From contig NC_073385.1 in NCBI RefSeq assembly GCF_028641065.1, positions 21,452,001-21,516,000 of the forward strand: a stretch of DNA of 64,000 bases, given 5' to 3'. The notes beneath the pieces were generated by a model. It did not search any database and was not told the origin of the DNA. It was given only the letters and a program-made list of their open reading frames with translations. The position numbers and the translations under genes are program-made. This DNA is from Leucoraja erinacea. Taxonomy: Eukaryota. Below, piece after piece: positions 23,961 to 36,290 of the stretch. Within the stretch, counting starts at the first letter, position 1. Every line of letters starts with the position of its first letter.

Positions 23961-24725
23961 CTAGACTAAGTGGTCACACAGGAGGTCTGGTCCCCCAACA
24001 CAACCCATTCCCCCAACGCAATATTCCACCACTCACAAATAGCCCCCAACTGCGCAGGCGCGGCTCATTTCCCCTCATCCCAGGCACTCTCTCCCCTCCT
24101 CTTCACCCTCCCTCTTCTTTCCCCTGTCCTCTTCTCCTTGCCCAATCCCTCCCTCACCTCCCCCTCCTTTCCCCCTATCCCCCCTCCTCCACCACTCTAC
24201 CTCATCACCTCCCCACTTTCCCCTCCCTACCCCTCCTATCCATCAATCCTTCCAGTCTCCTTCCTCACCTCCTCAACTTTCACCTTCTCCCTCCCTACCC
24301 CCTCCACTCCCTCAATGCCCCCATCCTCCATCCTCACCTCCACAGGATCTCGAGGTTGCTGCTCCTCTGACCGGAGGTTGCCTTGACTGGAGGTTGCCTT
24401 GGCCAGAGACCACGCTGACCGGATTCCTCACCGACCGGAAACCGAGCTGGGCAACGCCGGGCAGAGACAGATACCGGACAAAGCCAATCAGTGCGGCGAT
24501 GACTGACAGTAGAGACCAATCTGCGCATGTGTGTTTTTAAAGATTTTTAAGCCTTAATAACTTTTAAAATATACCACCGATTGGAACAAAAGTTGCTGCA
24601 CATGCAGCACAGGAGAATGTTGAGTAAGGTGACGAAAAATCGTTACTCTATCCTGTGCCGTTTTTACGCAAATGTAAAAACAATGCAAACCGGAAGATAA
24701 CAAGAGAGTTTTAGTTATGTATAGA
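23961..24725 (-). mobile_element. Probable non-autonomous Helitron
   Basis: Minus strand reads a|TCtatacataactaaaactc...ccacttagtCTAG|t: 5'-TC and CTAG-3' ends between host A and T, no TSD; interrupts a CR1 region; 3' hairpin not evident. Confidence 0.65.
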
Positions 24726-24849
24726 TGTCTTCAAATTTTTCTTCTGTGAATCCCTTAGCTTCTGGTTCTGGTTGATTACTGCACAAACACGTCATAAGTG
24801 GTTATCTTGCGCAGGTCTTCCTTGACCTTCCCCCCTGGTAATTGCAGAG

Positions 24850-25700
24850 ACGAAAATTGCACTAATACTCCACAAATACATTAGGACCCCCTCTACAAAT
24901 GCATTAGGACCCCCTTGCTCATAAACACAAATCAATTTGCAATGAAGGCCAACATGCCATTAGCTTTCATCACTGCCTATTGTACCTGCATGTTTACTTT
25001 CAGTGACTGATTTACAAGCACAACCAGGTCTTGTTGCACTAACCCCCTTTTCCTAATCTGACACAATTCCAATAATAATCTGCCTTCCTGTTCTTTCCAC
25101 CAAAGTGGATAACCACACATTTATCCACATTATACTGTATCTGCCATGCATCTGCCCATTCACCCAACCTATCCAAGTCACCCTACAGCCTCATAGCATC
25201 CTCATCGCAGCCCACACCGCCACCCAGCTTTGTGTCACCCGCAAACTTGGAGATGTCACACTTGATTCCCTCGTCTTAATCGTTAATATATATTGTCAAT
25301 AACTGGGGTCCCAGCACCAAGCCTTGCAGCACCCCACTAGTCACTGCCTGCCTTTCTGCAAAGGACACATTAATTCCTACTCTTTGCTTCCTGTCTGCCA
25401 ACCAGTTCTCTATCTATTTCATACCCTACCCCCAATACCATGTGCTCTTTTTGCACACTAATCTCTTGTGTGTGACCTTGTCAAAGGCATTTTGAAAGTC
25501 CAGATACACCACATTCACTGGCTTTCCCTTATCCATTCTACTTGTTACATCCTCAAAAAATTCCAGAAGATTAGTCAAGCATGATTTCCCCTTCATAAAT
25601 CCATGCTGACTTTGACCGATCCTGTCACTGCTTTCCAAATGTGATGCTATAACATCTTTAACAATGAATTCAAGCATCTTCCCCAATACAGATGTAAGGC
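24850..25700 (-). mobile_element. CR1 RT fragment
   Basis: ORF 25426..25764(-) ISLTSVLGKMLE...SQHGFMKGKSCLTNLLEFFEDVT...VVYLDFQNAFDKV. Confidence 0.92.
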
Positions 25701-25703
25701 TAA

Positions 25704-25995
25704 TGCCCCTGTCCCACTTAGGAAACCTGAACGGAAACCTCTGGAGTCTTTGCGCCCCACCCAAGGTTTCCGTGCGGTTCCCGGAGGTTTTTGTCAGTCT
25801 CCCTAATGGTCGAAAATGGTTTCCGCTTCTTCTATGTTCCGGCGATTATTTCAAAAAATTCAAAAACCGGCCGCGACTAAAACTAGGTTGCCGTTTTAAA
25901 AATCGGTAATTTTGTAGTCGAAGCCGGTTGCGATGCTAGTTGAAGGTGGTTGCCGGAGGTTGCAGGTGGTTACCGGAGGTTGCAGGTAGTGGAAG
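25704..25995. mobile_element. Truncated Harbinger MITE (same family as 53263-53498)
   Basis: TAA|tgcccctgtcccacttaggaaacctgaacggaaacctctggag is identical to the left TIR of the 53263 copy; right TIR missing. Confidence 0.85.
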
Positions 25996-26189
25996 ACAAG
26001 ACCTTCAACTAGCAAGCAGGATTCTACTGATGCAGTGGCCTCTTCTTGATTTGTAGTCCCAGCAGTTAGACCAGGGATGCACCAACAGTGGCCTCCAAAT
26101 CTAGCTGCCTCTGGGAATTACTGAGTAGCATCAAGTCATCTGGAGCTGATCTCACTTTAGGTTCAAAAATGTTGTAGTAATTAACTAAG

Positions 26190-26600
26190 CTACAGAGAGG
26201 TTGAGCAGGTTTGGACTCTATTGCTTGGAGCGCAGGAGGTTGAGGGGTAAACTTATAGAGGTGTCCTAAATCAAGAGAGGAATAGATCGGGTAGACACCC
26301 AGAGCCTCTTGCCCAGAGTAGGGGAATCGAGAACCAGAGAACATGGGTTTAAGATGAGGCGGGAACGATTTAATAGGAACCTGAGGGGTAACGTTTTCAC
26401 ACAAAGGGTGGTGGGTGTATTGAACGAGTTGCCATGGGAGGTAGTTGGCGCAGGTTCAATAGCAACGTTTCAGAAACATTTAGACAGGTACATGGATAGG
26501 TCAGGTTTATAGGGAAATGGGCCAAACACAGGCAGGTGGGACATGTTGGTATGTGTGGGTAAGTTGGGCCAAATGGCCTCTTTCCACACTGTGAGACTGT
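26190..26600 (+). mobile_element. CR1 3' fragment
   Basis: ORF 26309..26512 PRVGESRTREHGFKMRRERFNRNLRGNVFTQRVVGVLNELP. Confidence 0.88.
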
Positions 26601-26699
26601 GACGCTAACTCAATGGAGGCAGGAAATCTGACCTTGATGCCTTCCCAGAGAGTATTGACTTTAACGTTATAAAATTTGGGAGAGAGAGAGAGAGATGGA

Positions 26700-26806
26700 T
26701 GTGCACTATCGCCGTGCCTTTAACGTTCCTTTCCAAATGCTCCCAAGCATATTTCAACCAATAAAGTACTTCTGAAGCATTATTACTGTTGTAGTGCAGG
26801 AAACAC
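26700..26806 (-). mobile_element. Relic of DeuSINE (AmnSINE1/SacSINE1-like) 3' region
   Basis: ccaataaagtacttctgaagcattattactgttgtagtgcaggaaacac resembles the recalled reverse consensus ccaatgaagtacttttgaagtgtagtcactgttgtaatgtaggaaacgc. Confidence 0.55.
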
Positions 26807-27711
26807 CTGGTTTTGGCATTGTTTGTATTTGCAAATGTTAACCTTGAGAAATTGGCACATTTGAGAAGACTGAAAAGCTCACTGAAACTGGCAAGCTGTC
26901 AACTGTGAACCTGTGAAACAAAAAGGCTTCAGTTCCATTCTGGATTCCTGTTCCATTGCTAAAAGTAGTCACATCACCACCCGTGACGTTTTATTCAGTA
27001 ACTGAAAATATAATGAATCACTGCCAGGATGGTCCTATTATAGTTGGGTGGCTTTGTTTAGTGAATGAGGCATCAAGCAACAGCTCATTTAAGTTGCCCC
27101 ATCTTTAGCACTATGAAGGACAGTAATCTACAGAAACACTACTTTAAAAACTCTACCGACATTTGAAATTCTGTTCATTAGTAGCATCATTAATCAACTT
27201 CTGCCACCCACACAGTGCTTTGTTTCGACACATGCAAAGCTATTGCCTCAATGCTACCAACACACCATTTACTGGACTGTAATTTTCTTCCACAGGGTTC
27301 TGACATGATGACACAACTGCAAACGAATGCATTGAAAGAAATGTCCCAGGGTGGAGACTTTTATTTTCCAGGCGTACATAACTGAACAGTCTCTACATTG
27401 TCTACCTCTGCAGAGCAATTAATGAAACGTCTTGAGCGATGGCTTTCCAACCACCCCCACACGACGATACTTCCCCCTCAGTTCCCTGAGCACCAGCACA
27501 GCTAGAATTCCCAGCACTGGATTGGATACAAGTGTTCCTAACCTTAGGAAGTAATATGATATTAGCATATTATCCCAGCGTGACTGTGCCTAAAGGAAGC
27601 AAAACACCAGGTGTGCAGATTTTTTAAGTTTTCTATGCATTCCTTTTACTTACATTGAGGAAGCTGAATCCATGATTAGGAAATATTCAGCATCTGCAAA
27701 AGTTACGTTTT

Positions 27712-28400
27712 TTTAGTGTAGTTTAGAGATACAGTGCAAAAACAGGCCCTTTGGCCCACTGAGTCCATGCCGACCAGCGATCATCGCACACTAACACTAT
27801 CCTACACGCACTGGGGACAATTTACATACCAAGCCAATTAGCCGACAAACCTGTACATCTCGGACTATATTTCTTAAGGGGTTGGACAGGCTAGATGCAG
27901 GAAGATTGTTCCCGATGTTGGGGAAGTCCAGGACAAGGGGTCACAGTTTAAGGATAAGGGGGAAATCCTTTAAAACCGAGATGAGAAAAACATTTTTCAC
28001 ACAGAGAGTGGTGAATCTGTGGAATTCTCTGCCACAGAGGGTAGTTGAGGCCCTGTTCATTGGCTATATTTAAGAGGGAGTTAGATGTGGCCCTTGCGGC
28101 TAAAGGTATCAGGGGGTATGGAGAGAAGGCAGGTACGGGATATTGAGTTGGATGATCAGCCATGATCATATTGAATGGCGGTGCAGGCTCGAAGGGCCGA
28201 ATGGCCTACTCCTGCACCTATTGTCTATGTTTCTATGTTTCTATCTTTGGAGTGTGGGAGGAAACTGGAGATCCTGGAGAAAACCCATGAGGTCACGAGG
28301 TAGAACGCACAAACTCGGTACGGACAGCACCTGTAGTCAGGATCGAACCCAGGTCTCTGGCGCTGTAAGGCAGCAACTCTGCAGCTGCGTCACCGTGCTG
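27712..28400 (-). mobile_element. HE1/V-SINE-like SINE split by a CR1 insertion
   Basis: SINE halves ...aaacctgtacatct / atctttggagtgtgggagg... rejoin to the intact SINE sequence. Confidence 0.85.
27871..28243 (+). mobile_element. Young CR1 3' fragment with (CTATGTTT)n tail
   Basis: DRLDAGRLFPMLGKSRTRGHSLRIRGK; near-identical to other young copies. Confidence 0.92.
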
Positions 28401-29036
28401 TCTACACAAGCATATTCTATCAACTTGCTGCCGATGTTAAGGGTAGGAACGCTTGGTAGCTTTTGTTACCTTTCCCCCACAGATACTGCTCAGCCCAATG
28501 TTTCCTCCAGAAGAGAGATTATTACTATTATCGAACGTATTTATTTTTCAAAATCTATGACTTTTCTGATATCAAATCACTCCATGACAGAAATGTATAA
28601 TGCCGTCGGATGTTGAACATACAATGGCACATTGCCACAGCAAGTAACGCATGTCTCCAAAGACTCAGCTTCACTCGTACCCTCTGTGTGGAGTTTGCTT
28701 GCACATATAAAGATCATATTTCTTTCTACGTCCTGAAGATGTGCAGATCGACAGGTTAAATGTTTCTTCCATGTGGCTGCTAGTATTGTTGGGTGGTAGG
28801 AGAATCCAAGAGGAGCGGGTGGGTTACTGGGGAATAAATAATTTTTGCTGCAAATGATTCGAGAACCAGCATCGAATTGAAGGGTGAATTATTTTCCTTT
28901 AACATCGTAAAAAATATGATAGCTACTCTTTGCAGTTGTCTACAATAATACACTTATTTTTCTATTTAATAGGTTTTCAAATACTTTTGTAAATCTTGAG
29001 TCACTCTACAAACATACCCACCAACAAAGTAGACCA

Positions 29037-29311
29037 AAGATAGATACAAAGTGCTGGAGTAACTCAGTGGGACAGGCAGAATTTCTGGAGAGAAGGAATG
29101 TGTGACGTTTCAAGCTGAGACCCTTCTTCAGGCTGGGTCTGAAGAATCTGAGTCTGATTTTTTTGGAGAATATTGAGTCTAAGGATTCATCTCCACCTGA
29201 AATGTCACCCAATTCTTTTCTCCAGAGATGCTGTCTGTTCCGCTGAGTTACTCCAGCACTTTGTGTTTATCTTCAGTTTAGACCCGCATTTGCAATTCCT
29301 CCTACACGAAG
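29037..29311. mobile_element. Fold-back Penelope-terminus element
   Basis: Inverted arms aagatagatacaaagtgctggagtaactcag / ctgagttactccagcactttgtgtttatctt; flanks aagtagacca (29027-29036) and aagtaggcca (29312-29321). Confidence 0.82.
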
Positions 29312-30103
29312 AAGTAGGCCAGTCAGCACCTCAAATCTTCAGCACCGTTTCTAAAGGCTGTGGCTGATCCAATCATGATTTTAACTAGGATTATATATAT
29401 TCCCTGATTAGAAAAGCTGAAAGTCTGTCCAATTACAGCACCTACTTTTTTTGGTTACACACAACAAGACTAATATTCTTCCATGAGTAACTCACTCCTG
29501 ACACTCCAAAGCCTTTCCACTCTGTACATGTCAGGATAGTGACAGAATGCTCTCCTGGATGAGTTTAACTCCAACGACGCTCAAGGGGATTAACATTATC
29601 CAGAACATTATCCAGAACAAAGCAGCCAGCTTGATTGTTACCTCACTCTCCAGTCGACATATTCATTCCTTCCACATTCCATGCACCATCCACAAAATGC
29701 ATGGCATGGCAGCTTATTTACACCTTCCAATTACCCAGTTACTACGACCAAGAAATGCAAGGGCAGGGGGTGGTGAGGAACTCAATCATCAACAAGTGTA
29801 TCACTTCCTCATCATTGCTGGATTTGAATCCAAAAGCTGCTGTCTGTGAACATTGAGCAAGTACCTTCTCCAGAAGGATGGCCACAGGTCTGGAAGGCTC
29901 CTCTGAGGCACTTAGGGATAAGCAAGAAATGGACCTTATCATGACTCCAGGTTCCAAAAAATGAATTGAAAAACTATTCCTTGTCTAACTCTCAACTGTG
30001 CTACAGTGGTTTTGCAGTCATTTCCATTTAACAACATTGACACATGATTTCTCTTGATAGTCTATTACCAAGAAGGACCGGAGATGAACAATTATTTTAA
30101 TTA

Positions 30104-30176
30104 TTTGTTCGGCACGGACTTGTAGGGCCGAGATGGCCTGTTTCCGTGCTGTAATTGTTATATGGTTATATGGTTA
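30104..30176 (+). mobile_element. Very short CR1 3' end, (ATATGGTT)n-tail subfamily
   Basis: tgttcggcacggacttgtagggccgagatggcctgtttccgtgctgtaattgttatatggtt is identical to 42864-42925. Confidence 0.85.
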
Positions 30177-30454
30177 ATGTATTGCAGGTTCCTTAGGGTA
30201 GGGAAAGAATCATTCTGCTATTGCTACATACTGGGAAGATTATGTTTTGGGCCAGTCTTAGCTGCATTAAACCAACGGCCACATTGCCTGCAGTCATACA
30301 CTATTTGTGCTCAGGTATGAGTTCCTTAATATGGCACCAATGGCCTTTGCAGACATGCTCTGAGACAAGTTGTCAAGATAGTAAGAAAATAAACAATCAA
30401 TGGGAACAACATAAGCATATGAAAGGAAACTTGAGGACGATGACACCACTGATG

Positions 30455-30706
30455 ACCTTGCAGTGCCAGAGACCAGGGTTCGATCCTGACTATGGGTGCT
30501 GTCTGTACGGAGTTTTTGCGTTCTCTCTGTGATCGCGTGGGTTTTCTCCGAGATCATCCCTCCCACACTCCAAAGACGTGGGTGTATGTAGGCTAATTGG
30601 CTTGGTGTATGTGTAAAATTGTCCCTGGTGTGTGCAGGATAGGGCGGGGATCACTGGTCATTGCGGACGGTGGGCCAAAGGGCCTGTTTCCTTGCTGTAT
30701 CTCTTT
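30455..30706 (+). mobile_element. HE1/V-SINE-like SINE
   Basis: B box gggttcgatcc, central cctcccacactccaaagacgt, 3' gggcctgtttcc. Confidence 0.82.
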
Positions 30707-30859
30707 AGTTCAAAGTTCCTGGACTAAACCTCACCAGCCACTGGAAAAACGTGGTGCTAAACTGCAAAATAAGTGAACTGATTTACACACTCTCTGGTCT
30801 TGTACAAGTTCTTTAATATGTGTGAAACTGTCTGAATTATAAAGCCACTTCCAAGGACA

Positions 30860-31030
30860 CAGGAACGCTGGAATCGTGATAAGAAATATCCTGCTGGAAG
30901 ATCTCAGGGAGCTATGCAGCATCTGTGGAGGGAGATGAACAGATGACATTTTGAGTCAAGAGACTTGGAAGTCCGACAAAGGATCAGGAGACAGGAAAGG
31001 TTGAACTGCTCCTCCAGTGCTTTGTTTCGT
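30860..31030. mobile_element. Older decayed Penelope fold-back element
   Basis: ctgctggaagatctcagg...gcagcatctgtggagggag...gacattttgagtc and the inverted remnant ctgctcctccagtgctttgt. Confidence 0.55.
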
Positions 31031-32369
31031 GCTACAGAAAGTTGACTACAATCAACTCGTTGGTTCCACATGATAGCTCTCCACACAAATTCTTTACTAT
31101 GTGCCACGGAAAGAGATCAATTGTTTTGGAAAATGCCAAATGATAAACCACAATGGGTGGTGAAAATATATTTTATTTTTCAGCTTTATTAAAATGAATT
31201 AAAATATATTTTAATATCGTAATCAGGTTCTCACTCCTGTCAAGGGCATTATATGTTATGAGGATGCCAAACTCGAACTGCCTATGACATGCTAACAGTG
31301 CAAGTTGAACAAATAACTCGTATAATCAACATTATTTTTTAAAATCTTTCCTTTATTAAGAACATGAACTAATTCATTATATCACTTTCCAGCTCGTCAA
31401 TTTGCTGCAAAGCAAATAAGATTATCTCGGCCTCATGCCATGACACAAATGGTACAGATTTGTCATTGGCCTCGTTCTCAAAGCAGCATCCTTATAAGTA
31501 CGAGACCTTTTGTACTGGTTCACCTCCTTCCTATGCAAAACATTATCATTACAACAGAATAAGACAAATGGCATCGTTCTCACTAGACATTAGTAATCAG
31601 ATTTGAGCGGCCATTGCTATACATACTACTTGCTGCTAGTTAAATTAATTAATGTTCAACCAACACATTTTATAAACTTCCTTTTATGTACTGAAAATGA
31701 ATTAAACCCTATTTTCAATGCTCTATAATAATACCCATGATTGTTTGTAGCAGCAGACAGGAAATTAATCTTTAATTCATAAAGGCTCTGGACAAAATTG
31801 TATTGTTTGCAACCCGATTGCCAGACTTGTTTTAAGGATTTTTCTCAACTGTTGTGGTACAAGTAAAATGAGAGCAAAGGTGTGCATTCCCATGTGTTAA
31901 GTTACCTGTTCACTTCAATTGTCCACAACTGGACAGGCTGGGTTAATATCAATCCCACTACTTCATGTCCATATCAATATTTTCAGTATTCTTGTATCCA
32001 CAGAGCTGGCTAGCAAGGTAGTTCTGCACTGCAGTTTTCTCTGTTAATTAACATGAGGATGTGTTTGAGGCAAAATAAGTTCCACAGATGGTTGCTGGAA
32101 GTAATTGTAATCTTGTAAAAATACTACTGGGATATGGTAAATAAATTACAGATTTCACAGCTAATGCATGATCCAAAGGTCTGGCACAATTAATAATTGT
32201 TGGCTTTGTTTTTTAATGTCCACTTATAAAATAAAATCTTGAAATAAATGCATTCTCCAGAGGAAAACCTTCCAGAGCGACTCTTTGGCTATCTTCAATT
32301 GATGCAGATCCTGTGATCTGGGTATAAAGGACAAAAAGGAAAGAAATTGCATTGGCATTTATTAATGTT

Positions 32370-33645
32370 TGAATTCAAAGTTGGCTTGGAGAGGGGTAGT
32401 CATGGAGGAATGTTCTTCAGAGGTGAAGCCAATGGCCAGTGGAGTGCCGCAAGAATGGTGTTGGGCCCGCTGCCATTTGTTATATACAAGAAAATATAGA
32501 TCGGTTGGGAAGGAATGGGAGGGTTATGGTCTGAGTGCAGGTAGATGGGACTAGGGGAAAATAAGTGTTCGGCACGGACTTGAATGGCCAAGATGGCCTG
32601 TTTTACGTGCTGTAATTGTTATATGGTTATATGTTATATGAATGGCAAATGAAATTTAACTCTGACAAAGTGAGGTGTTGCATTTTGATGTCAAACCAGA
32701 ACAGGACTTACAAAGTAAATGCCAGAGCCCTGGAGAGTGTTGAAGAACAGAGAGTTCTCTGATTGTAGGTTTCCTCGCCACAGCTATTAATAAGGCTAGC
32801 ACATCATGATGCAACTGTATAGGTCATTGGTGTGACTACGCTTTGACTGGGTGCAGTTCTGGTCGCCCAGTCAAAGCGTAGGAAGGATGTCAGTAAATCC
32901 AAAAGGAAGCAGAAGGAAGCAGAAGGGATTCACCAGGATTGTACCTATACTTGTGGGCTTGAGTTAAAGAGGGAGGTTGGATAACCATATAACCATATAA
33001 CCATATAACAATTACAGCACGGAAACAGGCCATCTCGACCCTTCTAGTCCGTGCCGAACACATAATCTCCCCTAGTCCCATATACCTGCGCTCAGACCAT
33101 AACCCTCCATTCCCTTCCCATCCATATAACTATCCAATTTATTTTTAAATGATAAAAACGAACCTGCCTCCACCACCTTCACTGGAAGCTCATTCCACAC
33201 AGCCACCACTCTCTGAGTAAAGAAGTTCCCCCTCATGTTACCCCTAAACTTCAGTCCCTTAATTCTCATGTCATGTCCCCTTGTTTGAATCTTCCCTACT
33301 CTCAGTGGGAAAAGCTTTTCCACGTCAACTCTGTCTATCCCTCTCATCATTTTAAAAACCTCTATCAAGTCCCCCCTTAACCTTCTGCGCTCCAAAGAAT
33401 AAAGCCCTAACTTGTTAACTTGATAAGCTGTGATTGTGTTTTTTTTTTTGCAATGAGGTTGTGGGGTGGCCATATGGAGGTGTACAAGATCACGAGTGAC
33501 ATGGGTAAAGTGAACACTCCTAGTGTAGAGGATTTTAAAACTAGGGCATAGGCTTAAGGTGAGAAGGGAGAGGTTTATGAAGGACCTCAGGGGCAAGTTT
33601 TTCACGTTAGGGTAGTCTGCATCTGGAATGGGCATGCACAAGATG
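32370..33645 (+). mobile_element. Older CR1 with two nested younger CR1 3' ends (32486-32639 +, 32982-33418 -)
   Basis: ASGVPQ motif in the host; nested ORF 33072..33656(-) LGLYSLERRRLRGDLIEVFKMMRG; (ATATGGTT)n tails. Confidence 0.85.
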
Positions 33646-33699
33646 GGCTGAAGCACCTACATATTTATGTGCTGCACAGCAATATTTCTTTAAGACTGA

Positions 33700-35184
33700 A
33701 GTCCCTGTCCCACTTGGGCGACCTCCACCGCAACCTCTGGCGACCTTAAGCGACTTTTTTTTTTAAATCAAGGTTGCGGTGACCTACGACCTTCTAGGAC
33801 TATGTGCACGTCTTCCTACGACTATGTTGAAGACCTCCCTCCACTATGTAGAAGACCGCCTTCGACCTCCTTTGACTATGTTGAAGACTGGCTTCGACCA
33901 TGTACGTTTTACTCGAGGATGATCTCTGGCAAATTGGTCCGTGAATGAACACGACCCCCTTCCACCTCAGAGGACCACACCGAAAACCAACAACGACCAG
34001 TGTCGAGTGTCTACAGCTCAAATGATCACTTGATAAAATGATGTCATGTCTGCATTTTTTTCTCACTAAAAAATGCCTCCCAGGTTTTTTTTTTAAATCA
34101 CTCTGAACCATGCAAGCAAGGAAGGAACTAGTTTGGAGGATGTTAGTAAAAATACTACTGCTGCTGTTTGCAGTAGCCCTTTTGCTTCAGCAGCCTTTTA
34201 AGAAAGGCAGAAGGGGAAGAGCAAGGGTGAAGAGGAAGCACAAGAAGAGGTCTCAATGGGTGAATGGAGACGATGTGATGGACTGTCCCAGTACACCAGA
34301 TGACTGGAAGAGAGTGGCGCTGGGCTTTGACAAAAGATGGAACTTTAAGCACACACGTGGGGCAGTGGATGGCAAGCATGCCATTCTTGTCCCTGTCCCT
34401 GTACCCCTCATTTTCCTTTTCATACAGGATGGCATTCTGCTGGAACCATTCCTCAAGGTCCCCCTCCTGGTGAAGGTGTAGGGCACAACCTTCCTCCAGC
34501 CCTCCCTCACCACCAATGCGGCATCTGCCTCTGATGCTGTGTCAGACACAGGAGAAAGGGCTGCGTTGCTGCCTTCAAATGAGGCAGTGAAGGATGGAGT
34601 GGTGGTGGGGACATATACTACCACCCTGGTCTCCTCCTCTAGGGGTCTCTCATGCAGGGCTACCTCCTCCTGCACTATCACCTCCTGTGGCATCACCTCC
34701 TGCCACTCCTCCTCCTGGGTGGGCAACACCTGCATGGCAGCTTTTTTTGAGTGTTGTGCCCTGCCCCTGCGCTGCTGCCTAAAACATAAGTCTCCTCTCC
34801 AAAAAATTCTCCAGCTATGAATGAACATGCCTTGGAGTGACAGAGGTTTTTTCAACCCAGAGCTATTACCTTTGACTACCTTGGCCCACCTCCGACTACC
34901 TACGACTAGCATCACGACCTACTACGACCAGCTTCGACTAGGCCTACGACTAAAAAAATATCGATTGTTCCCACGGCGACCTATTTTTAGTCGCGGTCAA
35001 TTTTTAACATTTTGAAAAATACGCCGTGACCTAGCTGAAGCCTCGACTACGCGGAGACCTTTCTCAACCATGAAGGAGAGTGACGAAGACCTCCTACGGC
35101 CTTGTGGCGACCTTGCCGCGACTATGGGTCGCGGGCAAACTCGCCAGAGGTCGCGGTGGAGGTCGCCCAAGTGGGACAGAGGCT
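33700..35184 (+). mobile_element. Internally deleted PIF/Harbinger DNA transposon
   Basis: TIRs agtccctgtcccacttgggcgacctccaccgc / gcggtggaggtcgcccaagtgggacagaggct; TGA at 33697-33699 and 35185-35187; many cgacct/cgacta subterminal repeats. Confidence 0.9.
34110..34385 (+). pseudogene. Harbinger (DDE_Tnp_4-type) transposase remnant
   Basis: CPSTPDDWKRVALGFDKRWNFKHTRGAVDGKH matches the P-x-T-x-E/D-W...F...WNF...GA[IV]DGKH motif around the first catalytic Asp; the basic N-terminus ending in WV is fused to it by deletion. Confidence 0.8.
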
Positions 35185-35405
35185 TGACTTTATCACTGTG
35201 ATTTAAGGATTGCACACTGAATGCCAATCACAATTCTTAACATAAAAAATGATGCACGATTAAAATCCCATTTATAACCACATTTATTGAATTAAAGAAA
35301 GCTGGCAAAATAATTAAAAAAAACATATAAGTATAAACTCCTTTAAGTATGAAGTTCATTGTTAGAGTTGTTTATCAATTTAGTAAGTACCTTAGAGATT
35401 GAAGT

Positions 35406-35615
35406 AAGACACAAAATGCTGGAGTAACTCAGCAGGTCAGGCAGCATCTCTGGGTAAAATGAATAGGTGACTCTTTGAGTCAAAACCTTTCCTCAGACTC
35501 TTTCGACCCGAAACCTCACATTCAATTTCTCCAGTGATGCCGTCTGCCCGCTGAGTTACTCCAGCATTTTGTGACTATCTTCAGTGTAAATCAGCATCTG
35601 CAGTTCCTTACTACA
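35406..35615. mobile_element. Fold-back Penelope-terminus element
   Basis: Arms cacaaaatgctggagtaactcagc / gctgagttactccagcattttgtg; flanks ttagagattgaagt (35392-35405) and ttggaaattgaagt (35616-35629). Confidence 0.85.
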
Positions 35616-36029
35616 TTGGAAATTGAAGTCATTGATTTTGGAAAACAAATGTAGCATGCAGCCACTTCTATCGTGCATTTAATCCATTATGAATCAATTT
35701 TTACACTATTGTTCGCTATAAAAAATCCAAAATTGAGACAAAGATTCAGTGTTAGGAAAACTACACAAAATAGTCAATACAAGCAGAATTTATGTTGCAG
35801 AAATGTACTGAACATTCAGAAATACAAATAGCAGCGGTGTGAAAATATGTTCAAAATCCCCAAATCCTGTGATTTCAAAGGATTGATGTATTAACTTTTA
35901 TAAATGTTAGTGATATCCTAGGATGGAAAAAGAAGGCTAATTTGGTATTCTGTCTGAAATATATTCTGTCTGTAACATAATATCAAATAGTCTCGGTAGC
36001 TATTTGGCAAATGCCGGGACTTTGGGAAT

Positions 36030-36290
36030 GATAGAGTACGGCAGCATTACAGTTACTGGGCTGGTGGTCCAGAGACCTGGACTAGAGGTCCTGGGATCCA
36101 CAACAACACATGGGCCTCTTATATATGAATAATTTAACAATCAGGAGTTTCTTCAAAAAATGTATAACTCTTGATGCTAATGGAGACCATGAATCTCCTG
36201 ACTAGTGAAGAAAGTCCAAATGGTTCATTGCTGCCCTGCAGGGAAGAAATTTTCTCTTATTCCTTCACGGACTGTAGAAAACAGTGAAGT
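36030..36290 (+). mobile_element. Ancient shark-type SINE relic
   Basis: ...gaccatgaatctcctgactagtgaagaaagtccaaatggttcattgctgccctgcagggaagaaa; related decayed copies in reverse at ~19310-19440 and ~59220-59450. Confidence 0.45.
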
